64,000 nt of DNA from Eledone cirrhosa (lineage: Eukaryota): contig OZ024748.1 in the NCBI GenBank assembly GCA_964016885.1, positions 32,674,001 to 32,738,000 of the forward strand. Reading direction: 5' to 3'. The notes under the pieces are model-generated. The model was not told the origin of the DNA. It saw only the letters and a list, made by a program, of their open reading frames with translations, and did not search any database. The translations under genes and the position numbers were made by a program. Of the stretch, positions 43,406 to 61,356 are shown in pieces (positions within the stretch are counted from its first letter, which is position 1; each line of letters opens with the position of its first letter).

Positions 43406-45809
43406 CCCTGAATAAATAATGAATGAATATTACATAATTTATCTAGTAAATTTCGGGGCTGTTGATTAAATATATTTTATAGCTTATTTAAAGATTCACT
43501 TCTTTAAAATTTCGGAAATGTCAACACTTCCAGTTAGCCATCGCTTAAATAAACATTCATATATTTCCGTCACTAATTTTCTCCAAATGCAGTTTATATA
43601 TGATATCGTCTTTTTTAATGTATCATGGATTATGTTACTGATTAAATAAGACAGTGTAACACACAATTTCTATGTATTATATATTGTTAATTACGATTTT
43701 ATTTGATGTATCATATCTACATGTATATATAACTGCATGTAATATCAATATGCACACTACACATGCTAGCAGAAAATAATAATAATATTAATATATATTG
43801 ATGAACATTTATTATGGTGAAATATGTTGGAAATCATTCTCAGAGGTTTTCTATTGTAATTAACAAATACACCCTGTAGACAGTACCCCTTCATATTATT
43901 TGTCATTAAGGGCTATTACAGAGACACAATCTCATTTCATTGTTGAGGGTGGTGGATTTGCAGAATCAGTAGAGTGTCATTCGATATGCTTTGTGTCATA
44001 AAGTAAGAGTCCTTTATGTTCTGGGTTTAAATCATGCCATGGTCAACTTTGACTTTCATCCATTCAAGCTTGATAAAAAACAGTAACAGTAATTCACTGG
44101 GCCTGATTTAATTGGCATTCCCCTTTCTCTTCAAATTGCTGGCCTTGAGTTTTGACTCAAGGCCAGCAATTTGAAGAGAAAGTAGAAACATTTATTTAAA
44201 GTCTATAAAACAATAGATAGAATGCTTTCTGCCATATTTTCCAGGTTCTTTGCTCTCTCAGTTTAAATCCTGCTGAGGTCAACTTTCTTTCGTTCATTCA
44301 TGATTGATAAAAAACAATACCAGTCTATCACTGGGGTCTGTTCTTCCTCTCTATATTTCTCTCTCCTTCTCTGGGAGAAATCAACTGTTCTAACCTGGAG
44401 AGTGAAGGGCTCCACCAACCTTCAAATGTCCAGTGACACCCTTATGACTACATCATTTAAAAAAAACAAAAACATTGATATGTTTATATGTTTATTTTGT
44501 AAACCTTAACTGGTTTATATTTATATTTATGACAAAATATCCACATGTGTAAATAAAAACAATTGCATAACTTTAATATTTGTTGGGTGGTACTTTCATG
44601 ACAGTTGAAATTTTGACTTTTTCTAAAAAATATTTCACATTTGAAAATATTTTCTTCTCTTTTTCTTCACCCATTTATTTCTGAGAAGGTTGTAGGGGTA
44701 GAGTCCTCACATACCCCTTCTAGGTCATATGTGTGTAAAATTTCCTCTTTACACTACACACACACACCATATCAAAACACCACAACACATAACATACCAC
44801 ACCACAACACATACAAACAAGGTAGTTATACCAATCCAGGATCTTGATTTTAGTGATATTTTTGTAATAAATCTCATCTCAGTTCTTACTTACCAAGTGG
44901 AGTGGAACGCATCAGATTGGACCAAGGAAACAATGTTTCCATTGGTCTTCCCAATTGATGATATTGAATTGGATCAGAAAGAAAGAAAAAAAAATAGAGA
45001 ATATATTTATTTGCCGTTATGTTGCCAAACGATGCCAAAAGTCATTGACCTGCATCTTTGGTCAAGAGGGCCATTGGAACATCACTCACAGAAGCTGATA
45101 CAGCAGCCAGCTTGACAGCCGATATAGGTAGCACCAACAATTATCACTACTCACAAGAGGAAGGCAACGACAGAATCTGTGACAATAGCAACGACACCCG
45201 CATCTTCGGTTAAAGAAGGCGTTCAAGCACCAGCAACCAGCCTGGCAGCCCGGATAGGAAGCAGTTTCAACTACCAACATCATCAACAAGAGGATGGCAG
45301 TGACAGCAGCGGTGACATTAACAACAACAACATATGTGTATACACCAACAACGTACCAGCAAACACTACCAATACCATTAACAAGAAGAAGCCGACTCCA
45401 TCATCAGTGACAATAACAACAACACATGTTTTCAGGATTGAAACGCTCACCTTTAGCCACAAGGTTCTATGAGAAACTGCTAACATGCTCGCATGTGTGC
45501 GTGCTGAATTCTGGGTCTTCCCACTGGGAACAAACCCGTTTTCTTTTTTGTATATTCATCCATCCATTCATTCATTTATATATTTGCTAACATTCTACCT
45601 TCTTGTGTGTCCCCCTCCATGCACCCCCATCTTTCCTCTCTTGTCTTCTGACGCCTCCATATCTGATGTAGGTGAGCTATGAGGCCCTCTTATCAGCACT
45701 TTGCCTTCCACCCACACAGTTGTGCCTAGCACCTAGGCTGGTGGCAGCCAACCACTCACTCCTGATGCCGCTTCGTGCCTCATGCCCCATCCTCCATCCC
45801 CACCAGTCA

Positions 45810-46812
45810 ACACCTACAGCAACTCGCATATTGGAGATGCAGCAACTGTCTCTCTGCCTCGTCTGCCCAGCCACGGCCGTCTAGCACATCATCAGATGAG
45901 ACAGCAACCTTGCCTGATGCTCAAGCGTCGCTGGTCATCATCGCTCGGCTCAGGCGGTGCCAATAGATCCCACTCAGGATCCCGAGAGCAGCCCGGGTGC
46001 CGGTAGCCGATGCCCTTGTTTCCTCAATTGGGAGTGCCCTGGACTCCAATTGAACCAGCGTCTGGGTGCATCTCTTCTAATTCGCCCCACTTGCCCTTGG
46101 CCTCTCCATCTCAGGCACTGTCCAAGGCAGCCGGTCGACAGCAGCCTTTGTCAAGGCCAATGTTTCATCCTTTGGGCAAGTGCCCATTCCAAGCATGCCT
46201 AAGGACACCACACACCCCGCTCTCGGGTGCCCCCAATCCTCCACCCCTGAGGCCAGCACCAAGCGTTTGCATGACCGTGTAAACGCCAAATTAATCAAGG
46301 GTGATGTCTCGGCTGCAGTCAGAGTGGTTGCCTCAGAAATCACTGTCCTACAAACCACCGAGGAGATCCTGGCTGCCTTGCGAATCAAGCACCCTGAACC
46401 ACTCGCTGATCTCAGACCCATAGCCCCACCCGATCCCCACTTGCTCCGTGTGGCTTCCAATGCAGACATCATGTCCGCTATCAAGTCCTTCCCAGCTAAT
46501 AGTAGCGGAGATGCTGATGGTATCCGAACTGCTCACCTCAAGGAGTTTCTATCCCCCCTCTACGCTGAGGCCGAGTGCTGCCTTCTGAGTGCAATTGTGA
46601 CACTCACCAATAGGCTAATCTATGGCGCCTTGGACCCTCACCCCCAAAGCCTCTTTTTTGGCCTGCCTGACGGCTCTCAGGAATAAAGAGGGTGGCATAT
46701 GCCCCATCTCTGTGGGCAAGGTGCTCCAGGAGCTGGTCTGCAGGTCCATAACACTTGAACTGGGTGAGGAATTCAGTCTGGTGCAACTGAGTGTCAGCAT
46801 GTGAGAGGGGCC
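45810..46812 (+). pseudogene. CRE-clade RT fragment (duplicated copy)
   Basis: Paralog of 34690-35650; ORF 46180..46686. Confidence 0.75.
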
Positions 46813-47654
46813 GCACATGCAACCAGGCAGTTCTTCAACAGCTGCCCACCGGAACTGGCGTCCAGGGACTTCAGGCACCTCACTGTCAATGTGGTTGGCA
46901 TTAGGATGGGCATACAGCCATAGAAAACCAGCCAGAAACACCCCTATATGAGGTGTCACGGTCACTCGACACAACTTGCCTCAGAATAGGACTTGTGTAA
47001 CCCATGGAAGATAGATGTTAATCGATGATGGTGATGATGATGATATATATGTAGTGTATACATAGTATGTATAGTGCTATATATATATATGATAAATTCT
47101 GGTGTCAAGCTGTTTCAGCCATTCCTCTGGACATTATATATAGTGTATGTATGTAGTATATATATATAGTGTATAAAATAGTTGTAATGTCACGGCTGCC
47201 GATCTATATCAGCCTTTCCCTTGGACAACATGACATATAGTCTATATATATTGGACAATAATATATGTGGTGTATATAGTAGTTGTGACAATATTCTATA
47301 TACATATGTACACACACATTGACAAACATGTATATACATATAGAAGGGTCGGATGAGGAGTTCATAGACTAACCAAGTTACTCTCATGGAATGAAACAAT
47401 GTATACACACAAATATATACTATATATATGTCTACAAACACATATACTTTATAGTAAAGTCATACAGCATATTGTAATATAATGTTTTCAATTCTCAGCC
47501 AGGGAGGTACATTGTGACCTTAAGCAAGACACATCATTCCACATGTCTAATTTTTCTGTTTTTCATCTTTTCATTTCCATTTTTTAAATAAATGTTTTAT
47601 TACCTTTAATAATGTGTTTTGTTTTAATATGAACAGTTATGTAAAATTAATAAT

Positions 47655-47830
47655 TGTTTCTACTTTTGGCACAATGCCAGCAAATCACCCAGTACATTAC
47701 TGGTACTTTATTTTATCGACCCCCGTAAGGATGAAAGGCAAAGTTAACCTCGGCGGTATTTGAACTCAGACCGTAAAGGGACGTAACTATACTGGAAAGC
47801 ACAGCGTCCGACTCTCTACCGATACTGCCA
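47655..47830 (-). mobile_element. tRNA-derived SINE at the position paralogous to 38205
   Basis: Reverse complement of the SINE consensus. Confidence 0.85.
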
Positions 47831-48716
47831 ATAATGTTATTTATACAAATCTGAATAAATTACTAGCATATTGATTGAACGTGTGAAGTAATATAACTGA
47901 AGTTGTTTCTGAATGTATTAAATTATGTAGGAGACTTTTAAGTCATGACACCGGTGTCAACTAGACAGTGAAAAATTATCATTTATATCAGCTCCAATGT
48001 TACAACTTAAACATCATCTAATTTTATCTTTTATGGTGATTATTTCATATTAAGGTGGACGGTAATGTTTGTAAATAACATAAGGTGACTTATAGTTGTT
48101 GTTTTATCAGCTGTATTATTAAATATTGAAGTGGTTGTTCAACATTTTACAGGAGAGGAAAATATTATTTTAATCAAAAATCAGTGAACATTTAGTTTTT
48201 ACTAACTTTTCTTGACTTTATATTCGGTCGTGAAAACTAAAGTACGTATTATTTCGTTTTCAACCACAACACAAATATTGTGAACTTTTCTATCTGAAGT
48301 GAAATATCTTGATTTATTACAACACTTACACACATATTTCTACACTCACACCGGTCTATTTATTTCTCTCTCTCATACGTACCCACTGTATGTCTGTATA
48401 TATATGTATATATATTCACCTTGATCTTTTTAAATTATGGATATTAATTCTCTTGTGACCTGAACTGTCCTCAATAACAAGAATCTTAAATTACAAAGAC
48501 TTTGTTTTATGAGCTGAGGATGTTATTGAGCTTCTCTCACCTTAACAAAAATAAAAAATATGTATATACACACACACATATATATATAAGCACTTGCGTT
48601 TTCTTCTTCCAAGATCAGTCTTAGACTTACATCTTATAATACATCTTATTACTTTACCAATTGAATGCTACATTTCTTAATATATGAGTGGAAGTGGTGA
48701 GATTCCTTTATGAAAT

Positions 48717-49891
<1,175 letters not shown>

Positions 49892-51653
49892 AAAACACAA
49901 ATATATAGACACACTTTGGAAATCTTTGAGAAATCTTATACATTTCAACATATATGTTGTGTGTGTGTATGTATATATATATATATATATTTTTTATTAT
50001 TTTTATTTTTTAATACATTACTCAAAGGGAAAAAATATACTGACATAAATCAACGATTACCACAATAACTAGGGAGCGGAGGGCAAGATATGCTGGACAT
50101 TGTGCTACTGAAAGTAGGATGGGCTGGCTATTGTGGTGGATACCTAAACATTGTAAGACCCTAGTGGGATGACTGAAATTGTCCTACATAGATCAGATGT
50201 CTCAGGATGTCCAGCTGGAGATTAATGATCTCAGGAATGCCATGGCACTCACCAATAAGCTAATCGATGGTGCTCTGGATCCTCACACCCAAGGCCTCTT
50301 TTTCGGCTAGCCTGACCGCTCTCAGGAAGAAAGAGGGTGGCATACGTCCCATGTCTGTGGGCAATGTCTTCCAAGGGGCTGGTCTGCAGGTCCATAACAC
50401 CTGAACTGGGTAAGGAGTTCAGTCAGGTGTAACTGGGTGCCTGCGTGTGAGGAGGCCGCACATGTAACCAGGCAGTTCTTCAACTGCTGCCCACCGGAAC
50501 TGGCATCCAGGGACTCCAGGCACCTCATTGTCAATGTGGTTGGCATTAGGAAGGGCATACAGCCTTAGAAAACCAGCCAGAAACACCCCTATATGAGGTG
50601 TCACGGTCACTCGACACAACTTGCCTCATAATAGGACCTGTGTAACCCATGGAAGATAGATGTTAATCGATGATGATGATGATATATATGTAGTGTATAC
50701 ATAGTATGTATAGTGCTATATATATATGATAAATGCTGGTGTCAAGCTGTTTCAGCCATTCCTCTGGACATTATATATAGTGTATGTATGTAGTATATAT
50801 ATATATATATATAGTGTATATAATAGTTGTAATATCACTGGTGCCGATCTGTATCAGCCTTTCCCTTGGACAACATGACATATAGTCTATATATATTGGA
50901 CAATATTATATATAGTGTATATGTGGTGTAGGTAGTAGTTGTGACAATATTCTATATACATATGTACACACACACTGACAAACATGTATGTACATATAGA
51001 AGGGTTGGATGAGGAGTTCATAGACTGACCAAGTTACTCTCATGGAATGAGACAATGTATACACACAAATATATACTATATATATGTATACAAATACATA
51101 TATATTTTATAGTGAAGTCATACAGCATATTGTAATATGTTTTCAAAGCGAGGTACATTGTGACCTTAAGCAAGACGCATCATTCCACGTCTCTAATGTT
51201 TTTGTTTTTCATCTTTTCATTTCCATTTTTTAAATGTTTTATTACCTTTAATAATGTGTTTTGTTTTAATATAAATTTTTACTAACTTTTCTTGACTTTA
51301 TATTTGGTCTTGAAAACTAAAGTTTGTATTATTTCTTTTTCCATCACATCACAAACGTGAACTTTTCTACCATCTGAAGTGAAATATCTTGATTTATTAC
51401 AACTCGTACACATATTTCTACACACACATCTATTTACTTATTTCTCTCATATATACACACTGTATGTCTGTATATATATGTATATATATTAACCTTCATC
51501 TTTTGAAATTATGGAAATTAATTCTCTTGTGACCTGAACTGTCTTCAATAACAAGAACCTTAAATTACGAAGACTTATTTGTCTGTTTTATGAGCTGAGG
51601 ATGTTATTGTGAATAGAGCTTCTCTCACCTTAACAAAAATAAAAAAATATATT

Positions 51654-51684
<31 letters not shown>

Positions 51685-51930
51685 CACCTTGACCGACCAG
51701 TCTGTCAGGCGTCCATTCGGCGCCCGCTGGTCACAGCACATCATGCTGTTTTAGCCATAAGATAACGCCATCCCACTGGCTGGGCGGGCAGGCCTATATA
51801 TATATATATAAGCACTTGCTTTTCCTTCTTCCAAGATCAGTCTTACGCTTTCATACATCTTATTACTTTACCAACTGTATGCTACATTTCTTATTATATG
51901 AATGGAAGTGGTGAGATTCCTTTATGAAAT

Positions 51931-52378
<448 letters not shown>

Positions 52379-55300
52379 AAAACACAAATATGTAGACACA
52401 TTTTGGAAGTCAGAATATAAAATGTGAAGATTGAGAAATCTTATACATCTCAACACATATGTTGTGTGTGTATATATATATATTATTATTTTCATTTTTT
52501 AATACATTACTCAAATGGAAATGGAGAAATATACTGACATATATCAAAGATTACCACAATAACTAGGGAGCGGAGGACAAGATATGCTGAACATTGCTAC
52601 TGAGGGTAGGATGAGCTGGCTATTGTTGTAGATACCTAAATATTGTAAGGCCCTAGTGAGATGACTGAGATTGACCTACATAGATGAGATGTCTCAGGAT
52701 GTCTAGCTGGAGATTAATGATCTCGGCAATGCCATGGAAGATTGTGACATCTAAAAAAGAAGAGTAGAATTGTTCTGGCCAATCCACGTGACGTAATAAA
52801 TCTAAACTATAATAAAGAAGCGCGGGACTGCGTACGGTTTATAATTTTTATCCCATTAGTAAAATAAGTTGCATTACTTTGAATAAATAATGAATGAATA
52901 TTACATAAATTTATCTACTAAATTTCGTGGCTGTTGATTAAATATATTTTGTTTATTTAAAGATTCACTTCTTTAAAATTTCGGAAATGTCAACACTTCC
53001 GGTTAGCCATCGCTTAAATAAACATTCATATATTTCCGTCACTAATTTTCTCCTAATACAGTTTATATATAATATCGTCTTTTTTAATGTATCATGGATT
53101 ACATTACTGATTAAATAAGAGAGTGTAACGCAGTCTTCGTTCAATTTCTATGTATATTGTCAATTATGATTTTATTTGATGTATCATATCTAGATGTATA
53201 TATACCTGCGTATAATATCAATATGCACACTACACCTGCTAGCAGAGAATAATAATAATATTAATATATATTGATGAACATTTATTATGGTGAAATATGT
53301 TGGAAATCATTCTCAGAGGTTTTGTATTGTAATTAACAAATACACCCTGTAGACAGTACCCCTTCATATTTTTTGTCATTAAGGGCTCTTACAGAGACAC
53401 AATCTCATTTCATTGTTGAGGGTGGTGGATTTTCAGAATCAGTAGAGTGTCATACGATATGCTTTGTGTCATAAAGTTAGTCCTTTATGTTCTGGGTTTA
53501 AATCCTGCCATGGTCAACTTTGACTTTCATCCATTAAAGGTTGATAAAAAACAGTAACAGTAATGCACTGGGCCTGATTTAATTGGCATTCCCCTTTCTC
53601 TTCAAATTGCTGGCCTTGAGTCAAAAGTAGAAACATTTATTTAAAGTCTATAAAACAATAGATAGAATGCTTTCTGCCATATTTATCCTGGTTCTCTGGT
53701 TTAAATCCTGCTGAGGTCAACTTTCTTTTGTCCATTGATGGTTGATAAAAAACAATACCAGTCTATCACTAGGGTCTGTTCTTCCTCTCTATATTTCTAT
53801 CTCACTTCCTCTCTCTCATTCTCTCTCCTTCTCTGGAAGAAATCAACTGTTCAAACCTGGAGAGTGAAGGGCTCCACCAACCTTCAAATGTCCACAGTGA
53901 CACCCTTATGACTACATCATTTTTTAAAAAAAACATTGATGTGTTTGTATGTGTTTACTTTGTAAACCTTAACTGGTTTATATTTATATTTATGACAAAA
54001 TATCCACATGTGTAAATAAAAACTATTGCATAATTTTATATTTGTTGGATGGTACTTTCATGACATTTCAAATTTTGACTTTTTAAAAAAATAATTCACA
54101 TTTGAAAATACTTTACAACTTTTTTCTTTTTTTCTTGACCCATTTATTTCTGAGAGGGTTGTAGGGGGTAGAGTCCTCACACACCCCTTCTAGGTCCTAT
54201 GTGTGTAAAATTTTCTCTTTACACTACACACCACATCAAAACACCACAATATACATATCATGCCTTACCACACCACACCAAAACACATACAAACCAGGTA
54301 GTTATACCAACCCAGTAGCTTGATTTTAGTGATTTTTTTGTAACAAATCTCACCATCTCAGTTCTTACTTACAAAGTGGATCGGAACTCATCAGATTGGA
54401 CCAAGAAAACAATGTTTCTATTGATCTTTCCAATTGATTATATTGAATCGGATTAGAAAGAGAGAAAAAAAATAAAGAATATATTTATTTAAAATCCATT
54501 GACCTGCATCTTCAGTCAAGAAGGCCATTGGAGCATCTCTCACAGAAGCTGATAGAGCAGCCGATATAGGTAGCACAAACAATTATCACTACCATTAACA
54601 AGAGGAAGGCAGCAACAGCAGCAGTGACATTAACAACATTAACAACAACATATATGTGTATACACCAACAACTTACCAGCAAACACTACCATTACCATTA
54701 ACAAGAAGAAGCCAACTCCAGCATCAGTGACAATAACAACAACACATATGTTTTCAGGATTGAAAGTCTCACCTTTAGCCACAAGGTTCTATGAGAAACT
54801 GCTAACATGCTTGCATGTGTGCTGAACAACCCCCATTTTCTTTTTTGTACATTCAACCATTCATTCATTTATTTATTTGCTAACATTCTACCTTCTTGTG
54901 TGTCCCCCTCCATGCACCCCTTCTTTTCTCTCTTGTCTTCTGACGCCTCCATATCTGATGTAGGTGAGCTATGAGACCCTCTTATCAGCATATTCCCTTC
55001 CACCCACACAGTTGTGCCTAGCACCTAGGCTGGTGACAACCAGCCACTCACCCCTGATGCTACTTGGTGCGCCCCCCCCCCCCCCAAATCCTCCATCCCC
55101 TGCAGTCGACACCTGCAGCACACCATGAATAGACGGGAGAGGGGCCGGAACTGATGGGGTGCGGCTGCTTCCACCACCTCACCTGTGTTGGCTTGGCACG
55201 TCAAACCTCCAGTGCCCTCGCAGCGTGGAGAAGCTGAAACTGTCTCCGCCTCGTCTGCCCAGCCACAGCTGTCTATCACACCAACAGATGAGACAATGAG

Positions 55301-55977
55301 CTTGCCTGACACCCAAGCCTCGCTGGTCAACATTGCTTGGCTCAGGTGGTGCCGTAAGATGCCACTCAGGATCCCGAGAGCAACCCGGGTGCCGGTAGCC
55401 GATGCCCTCGCTTCCTCTTTTATGATGATTATTTCATATTAAGATGAACGTTAATGTTTATAAATAACATCAGGTGACTTATTTACCTTATATTTGTTGT
55501 TTTCTCACCTGTATTATTAAATATTGAAGTGGTTGTTCAACATTTTACGGGACAGAAAAATGTCTTTTTAATCATAAATCAGTGTACATTTAGTTTTTCC
55601 TAAATTTTCTATTTTCTTGACCTTATATTTGGTCTTGAAAACCAAAGTACATATTATTTCATTTTCTATCACAACACACGTATTGTGAACTTTTCTACCT
55701 GAAGTGAAATATCTTGATTTATTACAACACCTACACACATATTTCTACACACACACACACCTCTCTATCCCCCCTCTCTCTCTGATTGAATTATATAATA
55801 TACGCTTGAATTTTCTTCGTCAAAAATCAGTCTTGGGCTCTCATATATCTTATTACTTGTACCAACTAAATGCTACATTACAACTTTGTAGAAGAAGAAA
55901 GTGGAGTTCTGCAGTCTTTTATGGACCCTTGTATATTAGACTACATAGCATATATTAACGATATCTACATTTCTTAA

Positions 55978-56770
<793 letters not shown>

Positions 56771-56800
56771 TGAAATCCTTCTCTTATACATCTCAACATA

Positions 56801-56834
<34 letters not shown>

Positions 56835-58084
56835 CCTCACTCAAGCGGATGAAATATACTCCCATATATCGATATCACAATTGGACATTGCTACTGAGGG
56901 TAGGATGACCTGATGAGCTGGCTCCTGTGGTGGATACCTAAACATAGTAAGACCCTAGTGGGATGACCGAGATTGCCCTAACAGATGTCTCTGGATGTCC
57001 AGCTGGAGATTAATGATCTCAGCAATGCCATGGAAGATCATGACATCTAAAAAAGAGTAGAATTGTTCTGGCCAATCCACTGATTTAATAAATGATAATG
57101 ATAATAATATATATTAATGAACATTTATTATGGTGAAATATGTTGGAAATCATTCTCAGAGGTTTTGTATTGTAATCCACAAATACACTCTGGAGGAAGC
57201 TCCACTTCATATTATTTGTCATTAAGGTTTCTTATATAGATACATTCTCATTTCATTGTTGAGGGTAGTGGATTTGCAGAATCAGTAGAGAGTCAGACAA
57301 AATACTTTGTGTCATATAGTTACATCCCTTTACATTCTGTATTAAAATCTTGCTGAGGTTAGCTTTACTTTTCTTCCTCAGAGGTTCAGTAAAATAAAGT
57401 ACCAGTAATCCACTGGAGTTGATTTAATCAACTTTCTCCTTCCCTTCCAATTGCTGGCCTTGAGTTAAAAGTAGAAACATTTATTTAAAGTCTATAAAAC
57501 AATAGATAGAATGCTTTCTGCCATATTTGCTCTGGTTCTCTGCTCTCTGAGTTTAAATCCTACTGAGGTCAACTTTGCCTTTCATCCATTCAAGGTTTAT
57601 AAGGAAAAAGTAGCTGTCTACCACAGGGTCTGTTCTTCCTCTCTCTCATTCTCTTCTTTGGAAGTAATCAACTGTTCAAACCTGGTGAGTGAAGGGCTCC
57701 ACCAATGACTCCATCGTTTGAACAAAAAACAAAGCAAAAGATCAACTGGTTTATATTCAAAAGATCAACTGGTTTATATTCATATTTGTGACAAAATATC
57801 TACATTTATGTTTAAATAAAAACAATTTTATAACTTCAGTATTTGTTGGATGGTATGGTCATGACAGTTCAAATTAGGACTTTTAAAAAAAATTAACATT
57901 TGAAAATACTTTACAACTTTCTCCTCTTTATCTTTACCCATTCCTGAGAGGGTTGTAAGGGGTAGAGTCCTCACACACCCCTTCTATGTCCTATGTGTGT
58001 AAAATTTCCTCTATACACTACACACTACATCACTCTGCACACACACACACCACATTACTACACCACAATACACACCCCATGGGA

Positions 58085-58910
58085 AATTGAGTGTACAGGT
58101 GGAGGTCCATTAGGGTTCCATCTTTAGCCCCCTCCTCTTTAATATTGTCCTACAGGCTATAACTGGAATTTAAGACTGGTTGCTCATGGGAAATCCTATA
58201 TGCCGACAACCTGACCCTCTTAGCCGAGTCTATGACAGAATTAATTAGAGAAGAAATATCAGACATGGAGGCACAACTTAGAAACAAAAGGTCTCAGAGT
58301 CAACAGGGCTCTGATCCACTCAGGGAAATGGCCCTGCTCGGTATGGAGGAAAGGAGTAGGTAGAAACTCAATCCAGTGTCCCAAATCCAAACTGTGTGTA
58401 CACAAGAGATGTAGTGGGAAAACAGGCAGGCTAGCAAAATACACAGACTTTATATGTGGATCCTGCACAGGCGTAGTAAGCAAAGACCCTCAGGAAGTAA
58501 GCCTCTTCATTTGCACAGAGGACTCCATAGAAATAGTTGAGAGCTTCTGCTATCTGGGTAACCAAATCAGCTGCGGAGTTGGTTATGCAGAAAATACAGT
58601 TGCCAGAGTGAGAACAGGATGGAAAAAGTTCAGGGAGTTACTGCCATTGCTACCTACAAAAGATCTCTCACTCAAGATAAAAGGCAAACTGTACAATGCC
58701 TGTGTGTACACAGCAATGTTACATGGAAGTGAAACATGGGCTCTGTGTGCCAAGGATCTACGGAGATTGGAAAGAAACAAAGCCTGCATGTTACAATGGA
58801 TGTGTAACAGTAGTTTGTGGGAACAGCAAAACGTAAAAGAATTGAGAACGAAACTGGATATAAGAGGGATCAAATGTTGTGTGCAGGAGAGAAGACTGCA
58901 GATGACATGT
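58085..58910 (+). pseudogene. RTE-clade LINE RT fragment
   Basis: GSIFSPLLFNIVL, ILYADNL (decayed YADD), KGVGRNSIQC..VHKRCSG, RTGWKKFRELLPLL..KGKLYNACV..MLHGSETW. Confidence 0.85.
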
Positions 58911-59324
58911 GATGTGTATGTAGCAAGCTACTTTCCTTTGGCGCATTGATACCCTTTCTTTACATTGTTTGGCTAAGTTTAGCCAATCGCTATCGGCGTA
59001 AGGATATGTATTTCAACTTCCGCCCAAATGGAGAAATTCCCACTTCTTTTTAATAAATTAATTCTCTTGCAGCTTGACTTAGCTAAGGTAAACAACCATT
59101 TGCTTTCACTCCGCAAACATCATTCCAATATGTAACTATAAAACATTACCGCGGCCTGGCTTCTCATGCCAACCACTGGACCGTGTCTTCTCTTACAGAT
59201 CTTAATTTGTTTGTTCATTTCGTTTGGCATTCCAACCAACCAAGCTTAATCCAGCTCTTTTCACCTTAAACATTGTTAATAAATTCTATTACAACAAACT
59301 ACACATGTTGTCGTTAAAAACATT

Positions 59325-60913
59325 GTTACATATTCTGGTTATATATTACACACATATAATACTATACTTCTAAGTTGGTTATATACTACATGCTGCTAAA
59401 AGTAATACTATACTTCTAAACTGGTTATATATTGCACACTGTTAAAAGAAATACTATACTTCTAAATTAGTTATATATTACACATTGCTAAAAGTAATAC
59501 TATACTTCTAAACTGGTTATATATTACACACTGCTAAAAGTAATACTATACCTCTAAACTGGTTATATATTACACACTGCTAAAATTAATACTATACCTC
59601 TAAACTAGTTATATATTACACACTGCTAAAAGTAATACTATACTTCTAAAATAGTTATATTACACACTGCTAAAAGTAATACTATACTTCTAAACTGGTT
59701 ATATATTACGCACTGCTAAAAGTAATACTATACTTCTAAACTAGTTATATATTACACACTGTTAAAAGTAATACTATACTTCTAAGCTGGTTATATACTA
59801 CATGCTGCTAAAAGTAATACTATACTTCTAAACTAGTTATATATTACACACTGCTAAAAATAATACTATACTTCTAAACTGGTTATATACTACATGGTGT
59901 TAAAAGTAATACTATACTTCTAAACTGGTTATATATTACATGTTGCTAAAAGTAATACTATACTTCTAAACTGGTTATATACTACATGGTGTTAAAAGTA
60001 ATACTATACTTCTAAACTGGTTATATATTACACACTGCTAAAAGTAATACTATACTTCTAAACTAGTTATATATTACACACTGCTAAAAGCAATATTATA
60101 ATTCTAAACTGGTTATATATTACACACTGCTAAAAGTAATACTATACTTCTAAACTGGTTATATATTACATGCTGCTAAAAGTAATACTATACTTCTAAG
60201 CTGGTTATATATTACATGCTGCTAAAAGTAATACTATACTTCTAAACTGGTTATATACTACATGGTGTTAAAAGTAATACTATACTTCTAAACTGGTTAT
60301 ATATTACACACTGCTAAAAGTAATACTATACTTCTAAACTAGTTATATATTACACACTGCTAAAAGTAATATTATAATTCTAAACTGGTTATATATTACA
60401 CACTGCTAAAAGTAATACTATACTTCTAAACTGGTTATATATTACATGCTGCTAAAAGTAATACTATACTTCTAAGCTGGTTATATATTACATGCTGCTA
60501 AAAGTAATACTATACTTCTAAACTGGTTATATATTACATGCTGCTAACAGTAATACTATACTTCTAAACTGGTTATATATTACACACTACTAAAAGTAAT
60601 ACTATACTTCTAAACTGGTTATATATTACATGCTGCTAAAAGTAATACTATACTTCTAAGCTGGTTATATATTACACACTGCTAAAAGTAATACTATACT
60701 TCTAAACTGGTTATATATTACATGCTGCTAACAGTAATACTATACCTCTAAACTAGTTATATATTACACACTACTAAAAGTAATACTATACTTCTAAACT
60801 GGTTATATATTACATGCTGCTAACAGTAATACTATACCTCTAAACTAGTTATATATTACACACTACTAAAAGTAATACTATACTTCTAAACTGGTTATAT
60901 ATTACATGCTGCT
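59325..60913. repeat. 46 bp minisatellite, ~34 copies
   Basis: Unit ctgctaaaagtaatactatacttctaaactggttatatattacaca, e.g. at 59531 and 59577. Confidence 0.97.
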
Positions 60914-61356
60914 ATACTGATAACATAATGCATCATCATCTTATGTTATAAACTGCTTCACTGGTGACTTCTATTGATACACAATACACAAATACAAATA
61001 TAACTTTGCCTTTCATCCTTACAGGGCCGATAAAATAAAGTATCACTGGGATAATTGATGGCCTTGTGCCAAAAGTAGAAATAATTATTATTCTCAAACA
61101 TATCTTATCAAATACTATCTTCCCAGTAACTGTCCCAAACTCCCGCATAGTGGGACAACCCAGCTCCCAAATTATGGTTCCAATGTGTGCAGGATAGGGT
61201 GCAGCCCACTGACCAGAACCTCCTAATAAAGGTGTCACCCAGGGCTCTATTATAAACAAGGCTTGGTATGACCAACTGGCCAGAACCTCCTCATAAAGGT
61301 GTCACCCAGGGCTCCACTATGAACAAGGCTTGGTGCATTAAGCGATTTAGCTATCT

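Noticed and set aside
56908-56930. Isolated CTGATGA (also CTGACGA at ~61615 and CTGATGA at ~18395)
   Set aside because: No helix II plus GAAA follows.
59325-60913. CRISPR array
   Set aside because: Contiguous 46 bp tandem units without spacers.
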